Shown: in pieces, positions 10,159 through 22,374 of the stretch
Position numbering within the stretch: the first letter of the stretch is position 1
Layout of the letters: each line of letters begins with the position of its first letter
DNA from: an uncultured Synechococcus sp.
GTDB taxonomy: Bacteria > Cyanobacteriota > Cyanobacteriia > PCC-6307 > Cyanobiaceae
Length of the DNA: 56,113 nt
Direction of reading: 5' to 3'
Assembly (NCBI GenBank): GCA_913061215.1
Contig: CAJXSQ010000001.1
Coordinates: forward strand, 1 to 56,113
Notes under the pieces: generated by a model
Told to the model about the DNA's origin: nothing
The model's input: only the letters and a program-made list of their open reading frames with translations
Database searches by the model: none
Position numbers and translations under genes: made by a program

Positions 10159-11253
10159 TTAGGGCGTGTTCCACACAAAGCGGCTGCTGGCGGCGTAGTT
10201 CCACACGAACACCACCAGGATTCCGGCCAGCTGCGCCCAGAGCGTGTCGCGGGCCACGAAGCTGTAGAAGGCGGAAGCCAGGCCCACATTGGCCAGCACC
10301 GGCAAGGAGGCCACCAGCAGAAACTTGAGCAGGCCCCGCAGCAGCGCCAGCCCCTGCAGGCGCTGGAAGCGGAAGGTGAGGGCGTTGTTGATCAGATAGT
10401 TGGAACTGGCAGCTGCCACCACCGCGAAGGGCAGCGCCTGCGAGAACCCGAAACGGGCCAGCATCAGCAGCTGGGTCACCAGCAGCTGCACCACCACACC
10501 GCTCAGGCCCACCAGGCCGAAGCTGATGGCGCGGCGGGGCAACAGCCGGAAGCTGAGGCTGTGCAGGATCGAGATCAGGAAATCCCAGAAGATCGCCAGA
10601 TCAAGCTTGGAGCTGCCGTAGGTGCGGGGCTGAAAACACAGCGGCACCTCTGCCGTGCGCAGCCGGCCCCGGCTCACGGCCAGCAGCTCATAGAGGAACT
10701 TGAAGCCGTTCACATCCACCGCCCGGATCAGCGGCAGCAGCGGCTCCAGGCGCAGGGCAAAGAAGCCGCTCATGTAGTCGCTGAGGCCGCTGTAGGCGCG
10801 CGGCAGGCTGAAGCGGGCGCTGGCATTGGCCCAGCTGGAGCCCGTTTCACGCCGATCGCTCAGGCCGTGAATCTGCGCTTCAGGATGAAAACGGCTGCCA
10901 ATCACCAGATCGTGATCGCCCTGCAGGAGGGTGTCGATCGCCCGGTGCACCGAGGCTGGTTCGTGCTGGCCATCGCTGTCCATCACCACGGCGATATCGC
11001 CGGTGGCATCGAGCAGGCCCTCCTTGATGGCGCTGGCCAGGCCGGAGCGCCCCACCCGGCGGATCAGGCGCAGGCAGGGTTCAGCATGGGCCAGCCCACG
11101 CACCAGTTCAGCGGTGCCGTCGGCGGAATCGTCGTCCACCACGAGAATCTCGAGGCTGAAACGCTGCTGCAGCGGCAGCAGCTGTTGCAGCAGCGGCTCG
11201 ATGTTGCCCCGCTCGTTGTACGTGGGCAACACGATCGAAACCCGCAGGCTCAT
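10159..11253 (-). CDS. GT2 polyprenol-phosphate glycosyltransferase fused to a GtrA-like domain
   Basis: SIVLPTYNERGN, VVDDDSADGT, VMDSDGQH, D.MSGFF, GSSKL; C-terminal NYLINNALTF and VWNY (GtrA-like). Confidence 0.9.
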   Translation of the reverse strand: MSLRVSIVLPTYNERGNIEPLLQQLLPLQQRFSLEILVVDDDSADGTAELVRGLAHAEPCLRLIRRVGRSGLASAIKEGLLDATGDIAVVMDSDGQHEPASVHRAIDTLLQGDHDLVIGSRFHPEAQIHGLSDRRETGSSWANASARFSLPRAYSGLSDYMSGFFALRLEPLLPLIRAVDVNGFKFLYELLAVSRGRLRTAEVPLCFQPRTYGSSKLDLAIFWDFLISILHSLSFRLLPRRAISFGLVGLSGVVVQLLVTQLLMLARFGFSQALPFAVVAAASSNYLINNALTFRFQRLQGLALLRGLLKFLLVASLPVLANVGLASAFYSFVARDTLWAQLAGILVVFVWNYAASSRFVWNTP

Positions 11254-11263
11254 GGCAACGCGC

Positions 11264-11293
11264 AAACGAAAGCCGGCGGGCAGGCCCGCCGGC
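11264..11293 (-). terminator. Intrinsic terminator downstream of rpoD
   Basis: Minus strand reads gccggcggg-cctg-cccgccggc-tttcgttt (perfect 9-bp stem plus T-rich tail). Confidence 0.7.
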
Positions 11294-11329
11294 GCTGAAA
11301 CCGTAGGACGGCGCTGATGCAGCCCCGGC

Positions 11330-12775
<1,446 letters not shown>

Positions 12776-13188
12776 CGGGATGGGTACGTGTCAGGTGCGG
12801 ATCAACGGAGCGGCGGGAGAACGCGGAAAGGGCCACCGCCCGCAACATGCAGGCGGCAGACGCAGAACAGCGATCAGAGGCAGCTACGGAACAGGAGGCT
12901 CAGCCTGGTGCTCTCAACGGATTCGACCGACCGGAGACGACGCCTGTTGGGGCAATCGCTCGGGAACGGTGCTCAGGTGCAGGGTTGAAGCAAGCAGGAG
13001 GGGCGCAGTCCCGGATAGAGGTAGAGGTGTGGGTGAACGAGCGGTCAGGGCGGGCTGGGGCCCAGGCAACGCTGTCAGGGGTGGTCGCAGATCGGGGGCT
13101 CAGGAACTCCTGGCCTGCCTCGGATCTTCCCGCTGGACGGAACTTTGCCGGGTTCCGACTACAGCCCAGTGGACTGCTCAACAATCAC

Positions 13189-13194
13189 ATCCTA
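13189..13194 (-). promoter_or_regulatory. Candidate -10 element for rpoD
   Basis: TAGGAT on the minus strand in an AT-rich patch between the divergent rpoD and priA. Confidence 0.4.
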
Positions 13195-13234
13195 AGAAAT
13201 GCAGGAGGTGTTCGCAAGGTTGGACCACAGTGCA

Positions 13235-15499
13235 GTGAGCCACTGCCAGGGATTGGCCTTCGCCAGGGATCGTCGCTCCGCCGGTTGGCTGCAGGTGTGG
13301 GTGGAGGCCGGCCGCGAAGGGCAGGTGTTCACCTACTCCAACCCCGCTGGTCTTGAACTGGGCTGCGGTGATCTGGTGCAACTGCAGCTGAGGGGTCGGC
13401 GCCATATCGGTGTGGTGGTGGAGCTGCTGGAGCAGGCACCGGCTGAGCTGGCCGGCATCACCCTGCAGCCGATCGAAGCCCTGCATCAGCGCGCCGCGGT
13501 GGATCCCCACTGGCAGGCGCTGATCGAAGCGGTGGCGGCGGACTGCCGCACCAGCGTGTTCCGCACCCTCAAGGCGGCCCTGCCCTCGGGTTGGCTGGGC
13601 CAGCGGCGCCCAGGCAAGCCGGTCCAGCCCAGACAACAGCTGTGGATCACGCTCACGCCGGCTGGCCGGCAGCAGGATGCCGCTGCGTTGAGCGAGGGCC
13701 AGGCCCTGCTGCTGCGACGGCTGCAGCAGCAGGGTGAGGGCTGGCAGAGCACGCTGCTCAAGCAGCTGGGGCTGAGCCGCAGCGCGGCCGATGGCCTGGC
13801 GAAACGCGAGCTGATTGAGCGGCAGAGCCGGCCGTTCAGCCGCGATGCGGCCGGCGATGGCGGCCCGCTGGAAGAGGAACGCCAGCTCACCCATGATCAG
13901 CGCCTGGCCCTGGAGGCGATCCAGGCCGCCCCCCCGGGCCAGACGCTGCTGCTCTGGGGCGTGACCGGTGCCGGCAAAACCGAGGTGTACCTGCAGGCGG
14001 CGGCCCGGGAACTGAAGCAGGGCCGATCGGTGCTGCTGCTCACCCCCGAGATCGGCCTGATTCCCCAGCTGCTGGATCGCTGCCGGCGCCGCTTCGGCAA
14101 CCACGTGGCGGAGTATCACTCGGGCTGCAGCGATGGCCAACGGATCGACACCTGGCGCCGCTGCCTCATGGGCGCAGAGCCTCAGCTGGTGGTGGGAACC
14201 CGCTCGGCCGTGTTCCTGCCACTGCCCCGGCTCGGACTGCTGGTGCTGGATGAGGAGCACGACCGCTCCTACAAACAGGACAGCCCGATGCCCTGCTATC
14301 ACGCCCGCGATGTGGCCGGCCTGCGGGCCCGGCTCAGCGGTGCACGCCTGCTGCTGGGCTCGGCCACACCCTCGCTGGAGGCCTGGAAGGCCTGTCAGGG
14401 GCCGGAGCCCACCTGCCGCCTGCTGCAGCTGCCGCAGCGGATCGGCGGCCGCCCCCTGCCACCGGTGCATGTGGTGGACATGCGCCAGGAGCTGGCGGAG
14501 GGCCATCGCCGCCTGGTGAGCCGGCCCTTGATGGAGCGGCTGGAGCGGCTGCAGGAGAGCGGCGGCCAGGCGGTGGTGCTGGTGCCGCGGCGGGGGTACA
14601 GCAGCTTCCTGAGCTGCCGCAGCTGCGGTGAGGTGGTGCAGTGCCCCCACTGCGATGTGGCCCTCACCGTGCACCGGCAGCGGGAGCGCAGCTGGCTGCG
14701 CTGCCACTGGTGCGATCACCGCGCCGAGATCGGCTCCCGCTGCGGTGCCTGCGGCTCCACCGCTTTCAAACCGTTCGGAGCCGGAACGCAGCAGGTGCTC
14801 GAGCACCTGGAGCAGGAGCTGGAGGGGCTGCGGCTGCTGCGCTTCGATCGCGACACCACCCGCGGCCGCGACGGCCACCGCCTGCTGCTGGAGCGGTTTG
14901 CCGCCGGTGAAGCCGATGTGCTGGTGGGCACCCAGATGCTGGCCAAGGGGATGGATCTGCCCCAGGTGACCCTCGCCGCCGTGCTCGCGGCCGATGGCCT
15001 GCTGCATCGGCCCGATCTGCGGGCCTCAGAGGAGTGTCTGCAGCTGCTGCTGCAGCTGGCGGGCCGGGCCGGCCGGGGCGATCGCCCCGGGGAGGTGCTG
15101 GTGCAGACCTACAGCCCCGAACACCGCGTGATCCGCCATCTGGTGGATGGCCGCTACGAAGCCTTCCTGCGTGAGGAGCTGACGGAACGGCGCGCGGCGG
15201 GGTTGGTGCCCTTCAGCCGGGCCTGCCTGCTGCGGCTTTCGGGGCCGTCCGCCAGTCGCACCGCCACCGCCGCCGCCAGCCTGGCGGAGCGGATCCGCAG
15301 CGCGGTGGAACGCCAGGGCTGGCTGATCATCGGCCCGGCCCCGGCCCCCGTGGCCCGCGTGGCCGGCCGGAGCCGCTGGCAGCTGCTGCTGCACGGTTCA
15401 GCCGCTGCCAACCTGCCGCTGCCGATGGAAGCGGAGCTGCGCGCCATGCTCCCCCGCGATGTGAACCTGGCGATCGATCCCGACCCGCTGGAACTCTGA
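13235..15499 (+). CDS. priA: Primosomal protein N' (replication restart helicase)
   Basis: GVTGAGKTEVY, DEEHD.SYKQ, CxxC zinc pairs, VGTQMLAKG, QLAGRAGR; start uncertain (13199-13290). Confidence 0.95.
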   Translation: MSHCQGLAFARDRRSAGWLQVWVEAGREGQVFTYSNPAGLELGCGDLVQLQLRGRRHIGVVVELLEQAPAELAGITLQPIEALHQRAAVDPHWQALIEAVAADCRTSVFRTLKAALPSGWLGQRRPGKPVQPRQQLWITLTPAGRQQDAAALSEGQALLLRRLQQQGEGWQSTLLKQLGLSRSAADGLAKRELIERQSRPFSRDAAGDGGPLEEERQLTHDQRLALEAIQAAPPGQTLLLWGVTGAGKTEVYLQAAARELKQGRSVLLLTPEIGLIPQLLDRCRRRFGNHVAEYHSGCSDGQRIDTWRRCLMGAEPQLVVGTRSAVFLPLPRLGLLVLDEEHDRSYKQDSPMPCYHARDVAGLRARLSGARLLLGSATPSLEAWKACQGPEPTCRLLQLPQRIGGRPLPPVHVVDMRQELAEGHRRLVSRPLMERLERLQESGGQAVVLVPRRGYSSFLSCRSCGEVVQCPHCDVALTVHRQRERSWLRCHWCDHRAEIGSRCGACGSTAFKPFGAGTQQVLEHLEQELEGLRLLRFDRDTTRGRDGHRLLLERFAAGEADVLVGTQMLAKGMDLPQVTLAAVLAADGLLHRPDLRASEECLQLLLQLAGRAGRGDRPGEVLVQTYSPEHRVIRHLVDGRYEAFLREELTERRAAGLVPFSRACLLRLSGPSASRTATAAASLAERIRSAVERQGWLIIGPAPAPVARVAGRSRWQLLLHGSAAANLPLPMEAELRAMLPRDVNLAIDPDPLEL

Positions 15500-15501
15500 G
15501 C

Positions 15502-16626
15502 TCAGGCGGGCAGCTGGGGCAGACCGAACCCGGCCGCCAGCCGGAGCCGCTGCAGCAGCGCCACCAGCGCCAGCAGCAGCACGATCAGCAGGGCCCCCAG
15601 TCCGAGGCGGCTCCAGCGCCAGCAGGAGAAGGCCAGGCTGTTCACCGCACCCGGCTGCAGCGTCCAGCGCACCCGGGCAGGGGCTCCGCCGCGCCGGGTC
15701 ACCGCCTCGGCCGGCAACGGTGATGCCTGCCGCACAGCCCTGAGGGGCAACGGCTCCAGATCGAGCCGCAGGTTCAGGCCCGGCAGGGGCTGGAGGCCAC
15801 GCAGATCGATGCTGAAGCGGAAGGTCTGCCGCACGCCGAGCAACCAGTTGCGCTCCTGCAGCACCAGCTCGGGCGGCGGCAGATCGAGCGCCGCCAGCTG
15901 CGCGGCCTGCTCCAGGCTGCTGCTGAGCAGGGCGATCGCCTCAGCGGCCGGCAGGGCCGGCGCCTTCAGCTGCAGCTCACCCAGCTGCTGATGCGGCTGC
16001 AGGGGAGAGTTGCGCAGGCTGTTGGCCAACTGCCGCTGCCAGGGCAGCGGCCGGCCGGTGCTGGAGCGGCTCACCTGGGTGATCTGCAGGCGGCCGGGGG
16101 CGGGGAAACGCAGCTGGGTGTCGAGATCGACGCAGCCGCCCAGCAGCACCGTGATCAGCAGCAGGGCGATGGCCACCAGGGCAAAGCCCCAGGGGGCAGT
16201 GGTGGGGCCGGTGGGAGGCGGCGGCGGTGGCGCTGGCGTGCGGCGGCGGCGGCGCGCCGTGCCCGTGAACTGCCCCTCCAGCGGTTTCACCTCCGCCAGG
16301 CTGGGCAGCGTCATCGACCATTCCCGCGGCCGCTCCAGGGCCGGTGCGGCCAGCACCTCCTGCAGATCCTTGGCCTGGGCCCGCAGGGTGGCATCGCGGC
16401 AGGCCCGCAGGCTGCGGCAGGTGCTGGCGGCGGCGGTGCTGTCGCCCTGTCCCATCTGAGCCGTGGCGAGCAGCATGCGCAGCTCACCGCCGAAGGGGGT
16501 GCTCACCGGATGCTCCGCCAACAGCGGCGCGAGCAGCTGCTGGCAGCGGCCATAGTCGCCGCGCTCCAGCGCCTGGCGAGCCGGTGCGATCAGGGCCTCA
16601 GGGGACGTGGAGTCGGGCGGCTGCAA
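15502..16626 (-). CDS. DUF3153-like protein (N-terminal TPR-like helices, central and C-terminal TM)
   Basis: ALERGDYG.C, APALERP.EWS, LLGGCV, FGLPQLP; follows argB as in picocyanobacteria. Confidence 0.75.
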   Translation of the reverse strand: MQPPDSTSPEALIAPARQALERGDYGRCQQLLAPLLAEHPVSTPFGGELRMLLATAQMGQGDSTAAASTCRSLRACRDATLRAQAKDLQEVLAAPALERPREWSMTLPSLAEVKPLEGQFTGTARRRRRTPAPPPPPPTGPTTAPWGFALVAIALLLITVLLGGCVDLDTQLRFPAPGRLQITQVSRSSTGRPLPWQRQLANSLRNSPLQPHQQLGELQLKAPALPAAEAIALLSSSLEQAAQLAALDLPPPELVLQERNWLLGVRQTFRFSIDLRGLQPLPGLNLRLDLEPLPLRAVRQASPLPAEAVTRRGGAPARVRWTLQPGAVNSLAFSCWRWSRLGLGALLIVLLLALVALLQRLRLAAGFGLPQLPA

Positions 16627-16629
16627 GGG

Positions 16630-17514
16630 CTATCGCGGGCTCGAACTCCCCACCACCATGGTGCCGATGCCGGCATCGGTGAACACTTCGAGCAGCAGGG
16701 CATGGGGGGTGCGCCCATCCACGATGTGGGCGGCGGACACCCCCTGGGCCAGGGCACGGATGCAGCACTCGGTCTTGGGGGTCATCCCGCCGGCCACCAC
16801 GCCGCTGGCGATCAGGCCGCGGGCCTCCGACAGGGTCACCGAACGGATCAGCGAAGCAGGATCCTCCCGGTCCTGCAGGATGCCGGGGGTGTCCGTGAGC
16901 AGGATCAGCTTCTCGGCCTGCAGGGCCGCCGCCAGCTCTCCGGCCACGGTGTCGGCGTTGATGTTGTGGGCCTGGCCGTCGGCATCGGCCGCCACCGAGG
17001 AGATCACCGGGATGGTGCCGGCATCGAGCAGCGGCAGCAGCACGGAGGGATCCACGGCGGCCACATCGCCCACCAGGCCGTTGCTGCCGTCGCCATAGGT
17101 GCGGGCGCGCACCAGGGCACCATCGCTGCCGCACAGGCCCACGGCCCTGGCACCCAGCCGGTTCAGACCATTCACGATCTGCTTGTTCACCCGGCCCACG
17201 AGCACCATCTCCACCACATCCATGGTTTCGGGGGTGGTGACCCGCAGCCCGTTGCGGAACTGGGGCTCGATATTGAGGCGGGACAGCCAGTCGTTGATCT
17301 CAGGGCCGCCGCCATGGACGACCACCGGCTTCACGCCCACCGAAGCGAGCAGCACCAGATCGCGGTACACCGCATCGCGCAGGTCGGCACGCACCATCGC
17401 CGCACCGCCGTACTTCACCACCACGCGGCGACCGGCGAAGCGTTGGATATAGGGCAGGGCCTCGCTCAGAACCGACACCCGCAGGGCGTCGCTGCGCTCT
17501 TGATCAGCAGTCAT
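16630..17514 (-). CDS. argB: Acetylglutamate kinase
   Basis: [33 protein letters not shown]. Confidence 0.96.
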   Translation of the reverse strand: MTADQERSDALRVSVLSEALPYIQRFAGRRVVVKYGGAAMVRADLRDAVYRDLVLLASVGVKPVVVHGGGPEINDWLSRLNIEPQFRNGLRVTTPETMDVVEMVLVGRVNKQIVNGLNRLGARAVGLCGSDGALVRARTYGDGSNGLVGDVAAVDPSVLLPLLDAGTIPVISSVAADADGQAHNINADTVAGELAAALQAEKLILLTDTPGILQDREDPASLIRSVTLSEARGLIASGVVAGGMTPKTECCIRALAQGVSAAHIVDGRTPHALLLEVFTDAGIGTMVVGSSSPR

Positions 17515-17535
17515 CTACGGGATCACGCGGGGGGA

Positions 17536-18081
17536 TCAGGCCGCCTGGGCCGGCAACAACTCCAGCAGCAGCTCGCCGGCGGCGGGCTGACTGAGACGGG
17601 CCTGCAGGCCCTTGTCGAAGAAGCGGCCCAGCCGCTCCTGCTTCTCCTGCCAACGCTCGAAGGGAACGCCCTCGGTGCGGAAACGCAGCGCCAGGCAGTA
17701 GCGACCGTCCACAGCCTGCTCAGCCACGCTCAGGAGCTGGGGAGGGGCATCCTCATCCCAGAGCTTCAACGCCTCCAGCGAGCTCTCCAGATGCGCCTTC
17801 TGGCCATAGCGCCAGCGGGTCACGTCCTTCACCAGCTTGCGCAGGGTCTGGCTGGCCGCTGCCTGGCGCAGGGCCACGGCCTCCGGCGCCGGTGACAGCA
17901 GCTCGGCCGGCGGCAGTTCGGACGACTTCAGCGCCAACCCTCCCAGCAGGATCGGGATGCCATAGAAGATCGTGGGCAGGCTCAGGTTGGGATTGCCGGT
18001 GGCGTAGCCGATCCAACCGATCACCGAGAGAGAGGCCCCGGCGATGGTGACTAGGCTGCCGGGGGAAGCGATGGAAAGCAT
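17536..18081 (-). CDS. DUF2854-like membrane protein
   Basis: FYGIPILLGGLALKSSELPP, DVTRWRYGQKAHLE, RLGRFF. Confidence 0.8.
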   Translation of the reverse strand: MLSIASPGSLVTIAGASLSVIGWIGYATGNPNLSLPTIFYGIPILLGGLALKSSELPPAELLSPAPEAVALRQAAASQTLRKLVKDVTRWRYGQKAHLESSLEALKLWDEDAPPQLLSVAEQAVDGRYCLALRFRTEGVPFERWQEKQERLGRFFDKGLQARLSQPAAGELLLELLPAQAA

Positions 18082-18274
18082 GGCGTCATCTTCGGTCAAC
18101 GGGGAACCGGGCGTGGCGGAGCTGCTGGAGCAACTGCAGACCGATCGCCTCTGGCTGCTCCAGCAGATCGATGCTGGCCGCTGGCCGGATCTGCGCCTGG
18201 ATCTGGCGGCGCTGGAACGGGAACTGGGTCAGCTGCTGGAGCAGGCCCAGCAGCGGCTCAACGCCGAATCCTGA
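18080..18274 (+). CDS. Small conserved hypothetical protein
   Basis: DRLWLLQQIDAGRWPDLRLDLAALERELGQLL, typical codon use; start ATG 18080 or GTG 18113. Confidence 0.65.
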   Translation: MASSSVNGEPGVAELLEQLQTDRLWLLQQIDAGRWPDLRLDLAALERELGQLLEQAQQRLNAES

Positions 18275-18286
18275 GGCCGCTGCGCC

Positions 18287-18772
18287 TCAGAAGGGAATCT
18301 CGTCCTCACCCTCCGGCAGGTCGGGCACGAGGGGGGAGGCGTTCCAGGTGGGCGGCTGCGCCGCCGGGGCAGCAGGAGCCGCAGCGGCAGCGCGGGGTGC
18401 CGGAGCACGGCCACCAGCCGGAGCTGCCGAGGCGGCTGCCGGGATCTGAGCCGGCCGGGAGGCGCCGCCGGCCCCCAGCGGATGCAGCCGCGAGAGCGTG
18501 AACTCGGCCCGCTTCTCCTTCACGCCGTCCTGGCGGGTGACGGTGTTCATGCGCAGGCGGCCCTCCACCATCAGGCGCTGGCCCACCTGCACCCGGTTCT
18601 GCAGATCCTGCGCCAGGTTGCCCCAGCCCACCACCTTCAGCTGACCCGGCGGATCATCGGGCCGCAGGCCGTCAAACTGCACGGCCATCTCCGCCACGGG
18701 AGTCTGGTTGTCCTGGGTGTAGCGCACCTGGGGCGCCTCCAGCACCTCCACCTCCAGCAAGCAATGGTTCAC
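18287..18772 (-). CDS. ssb: Single-stranded DNA-binding protein (cyanobacterial type)
   Basis: PQVRYTQDNQTPVAEM, VGWGNLA, VEGRLRMN, Ala/Pro linker, acidic EDEIPF tail; GTG start. Confidence 0.88.
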   Translation of the reverse strand: MNHCLLEVEVLEAPQVRYTQDNQTPVAEMAVQFDGLRPDDPPGQLKVVGWGNLAQDLQNRVQVGQRLMVEGRLRMNTVTRQDGVKEKRAEFTLSRLHPLGAGGASRPAQIPAAASAAPAGGRAPAPRAAAAAPAAPAAQPPTWNASPLVPDLPEGEDEIPF

Positions 18773-18803
18773 AGCAGCGATCGAAGCCAAGGGGCACATC
18801 CTG

Positions 18804-19601
18804 ATGCACGGCCCTGATTTGCACCAGGGGCCGCAGACCGCGGGCGGAATCTGGCTGTTCGCCGGCACGGCGGAGGGGCCGCCGCTCAGTGCCGCTCTGC
18901 TGCAGCGGGGCTGGCCGGTGCAGGTGAGCGTTGTGACCCCTGCAGCGGCCCGGGCCTACCCCCCCCACCCGCAGCTGCGCCTGCGGGTGGAAACCCTGGA
19001 GAGCGACGCGCGGCTGATCACCGCGCTGCAACTGGAGCGGCCCCGCTGGGTGGTGGATGCCACCCATCCCTTCGCCCGCCAGATCAGTGCGCGGCTGGAG
19101 CGCTGCTGCAGCGCCGTGGGCTGCCGGCTGCTGCAGCTGGAACGGCATCTGCCAGACGAGGAGGCAGCGGGGGAGCAACTGCAGCAGCTGGAACGGCTCG
19201 AGGATCTGGCGGCGCTGGATCTGGCCGGGGAGCGACTGCTGCTCGCCATCGGTGCGCGGCAACTGCCGTTGGCACTGGCCAACAGCGGAGCCGCAACGCC
19301 GTTCGCCCGGGTGCTCGACCAACCGGGCAGCCTGCAGAGCGCGCTGGCCAGTGGCCTGCCCGAGCACCAGATCGCCTGCCTGCGACCGGATGCGGCTGGC
19401 GAAGGCCGGCTGGAGCGGGCCCTGTGCCGGCGCTGGCAGATCACACGGGTGCTCTGCCGGCAGGGGGGCGGGCGCAGCGAAGCGCTCTGGCGCTCGGTGT
19501 GCCGTGAGCTGGGGCTGCCGCTGCTGCTGCTGAAGCGCCCGCCATCCGCCGCGGGCAGCTTGTCGATGGACACTCTGCTGACGAAGCTGGGGCAACCCTG
19601 A
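18804..19601 (+). CDS. cobK: Precorrin-6A / cobalt-precorrin-6A reductase
   Basis: WLFAGTAEG, VVDATHPFA.QIS, LLAIGAR.L, LLLKRP. Confidence 0.88.
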   Translation: MHGPDLHQGPQTAGGIWLFAGTAEGPPLSAALLQRGWPVQVSVVTPAAARAYPPHPQLRLRVETLESDARLITALQLERPRWVVDATHPFARQISARLERCCSAVGCRLLQLERHLPDEEAAGEQLQQLERLEDLAALDLAGERLLLAIGARQLPLALANSGAATPFARVLDQPGSLQSALASGLPEHQIACLRPDAAGEGRLERALCRRWQITRVLCRQGGGRSEALWRSVCRELGLPLLLLKRPPSAAGSLSMDTLLTKLGQP

Positions 19602-19608
19602 CCCCGCG

Positions 19609-19926
19609 ATGGCCGACGCCGTTCTCGCCCTCACCACCGAAGCCAACGAAGCGCTGGCGCTGCAGCTGGCCGAAACCCTCCTGGAGCGACGCCTGGCCGC
19701 CTGCATCGCGCTCAAGCCAGTGCAGTCGCTCTACCGCTGGCAGGGACAGATCGAACGCAGCAGCGAAGTGCAGCTGCTGATCAAGACACACCCAGGCTGC
19801 CTGGCAGCACTGGAGCAGGCCGTGCGGGAACTGCACAGCTACACCACGCCCCAGTGGCTGCACTGGGGCGCAGAAGCCAGCGACGCTTACGCCGCCTGGC
19901 TGAACGCGTGCTGCGCCATCAGCTGA
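19609..19926 (+). CDS. cutA: Divalent-cation tolerance protein CutA
   Basis: LAAC, SLYRWQG.IE..EVQLLIKT, HSYTTP. Confidence 0.92.
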   Translation: MADAVLALTTEANEALALQLAETLLERRLAACIALKPVQSLYRWQGQIERSSEVQLLIKTHPGCLAALEQAVRELHSYTTPQWLHWGAEASDAYAAWLNACCAIS

Positions 19927-20894
19927 CGCAGGTCCACCTGGGGCCGCGGACCCAGCTGGGTGACCACCTGGCCTGCACAGAGCGAACCGAGCCGCCCACA
20001 GGCCTCCACATCCAGGCCCTGGGTGTGGCCGTGGAGGAAGCCGGCGGCATACAGATCACCGGCACCGGTGGTGTCCACCAAGGGGCCGAGCTTCACGGGC
20101 TCGATCGCATGGGTGCCACTGCCATTGAGGATCACCGAACCGGCCTCGCTGCGGGTGAGAGCGGCGATGCGGCAGCGGCCACGCACCTGTTCAGCCGCCT
20201 CCTCGAAGCTGTTGGCCTTGTAGAGGGAGGTGATCTCCATCTCGTTGGCGAACAGGATGTCCACATGGCCATCCACCAGCTCCTGGAAGCTGTCGCGGTG
20301 GCGCTCCACACAGAAGGCATCGGAGAGGCTCAGGGCCACCTCGGCGCCGTTGGCGCGGGCCGCCTCGGCCGCAGCGATGAAGGCGCGCTTGGCTTCATCG
20401 CTGTCCCAGAGGTAGCCCTCCAGATACAGCACCTTGGCCTGGGCCACCATCTCCAGATCGAGATCGCCGGGGTCGAGCCCCACCGAAGCGCCCAGATAGG
20501 TGCACATCGTGCGTTGCGCATCCGGGGTCACCAGGATGAAGCAGCGGGCCGTGGAGGGGCCTTCGGTGGCCGCCGGCGTGTCGAAGCGGGCACCCACGGA
20601 GCGGATGTCGTGGGCGAAGATGCCGCCGAGCTGATCGTTGCGCACCCGGCCGATGAAGCCGGCGCGGCCGCCCAGCTGGGCAATGCCCGCCAGGGTGTTG
20701 GCGGCGGAACCGCCCGAGGTTTCCAGGCCGGGGCCAACGCTGGCGTAAAGGTGCTCAGCCTGCGCTTCATCCACCAGGGCCATGGTGCCCTTGGTGAGCT
20801 CCAGGTTGTCGAGCTGGTCGTCGTCGGCATGCACCAGCACATCAACGATGGCGTTGCCGATGCCGACGACATCGAGGGTTTTCGTGGTGGGCAT
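19887..20894 (-). CDS. PfkB-family carbohydrate/adenosine kinase
   Basis: GIGNAIVD, GGSAANT, YLEGYLWD, FANE.E, DTTGAGDLYAAGF. Confidence 0.92.
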   Translation of the reverse strand: MPTTKTLDVVGIGNAIVDVLVHADDDQLDNLELTKGTMALVDEAQAEHLYASVGPGLETSGGSAANTLAGIAQLGGRAGFIGRVRNDQLGGIFAHDIRSVGARFDTPAATEGPSTARCFILVTPDAQRTMCTYLGASVGLDPGDLDLEMVAQAKVLYLEGYLWDSDEAKRAFIAAAEAARANGAEVALSLSDAFCVERHRDSFQELVDGHVDILFANEMEITSLYKANSFEEAAEQVRGRCRIAALTRSEAGSVILNGSGTHAIEPVKLGPLVDTTGAGDLYAAGFLHGHTQGLDVEACGRLGSLCAGQVVTQLGPRPQVDLRQLMAQHAFSQAA

Positions 20895-20902
20895 CGCGGT
20901 GA

Positions 20903-22240
<1,338 letters not shown>

Positions 22241-22317
22241 CTAAGCACAAACAAAGAGGATCTCAGATCAAGCTGCCCTCCGTCAAAGCGGCCGTGGGTG
22301 CGGCTGTTGATCGACAC

Positions 22318-22341
22318 AAAAAAAGCGGCCCGAAGGCCGCT
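22318..22341 (-). terminator. Intrinsic terminator of psb27
   Basis: Minus strand agcggcc-TTCG-ggccgc-ttttttt: cUUCGg tetraloop, GC stem, poly-U. Confidence 0.88.
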
Positions 22342-22374
22342 GGATACGGGGCACTGGATGCGGGGGACGCCGGC

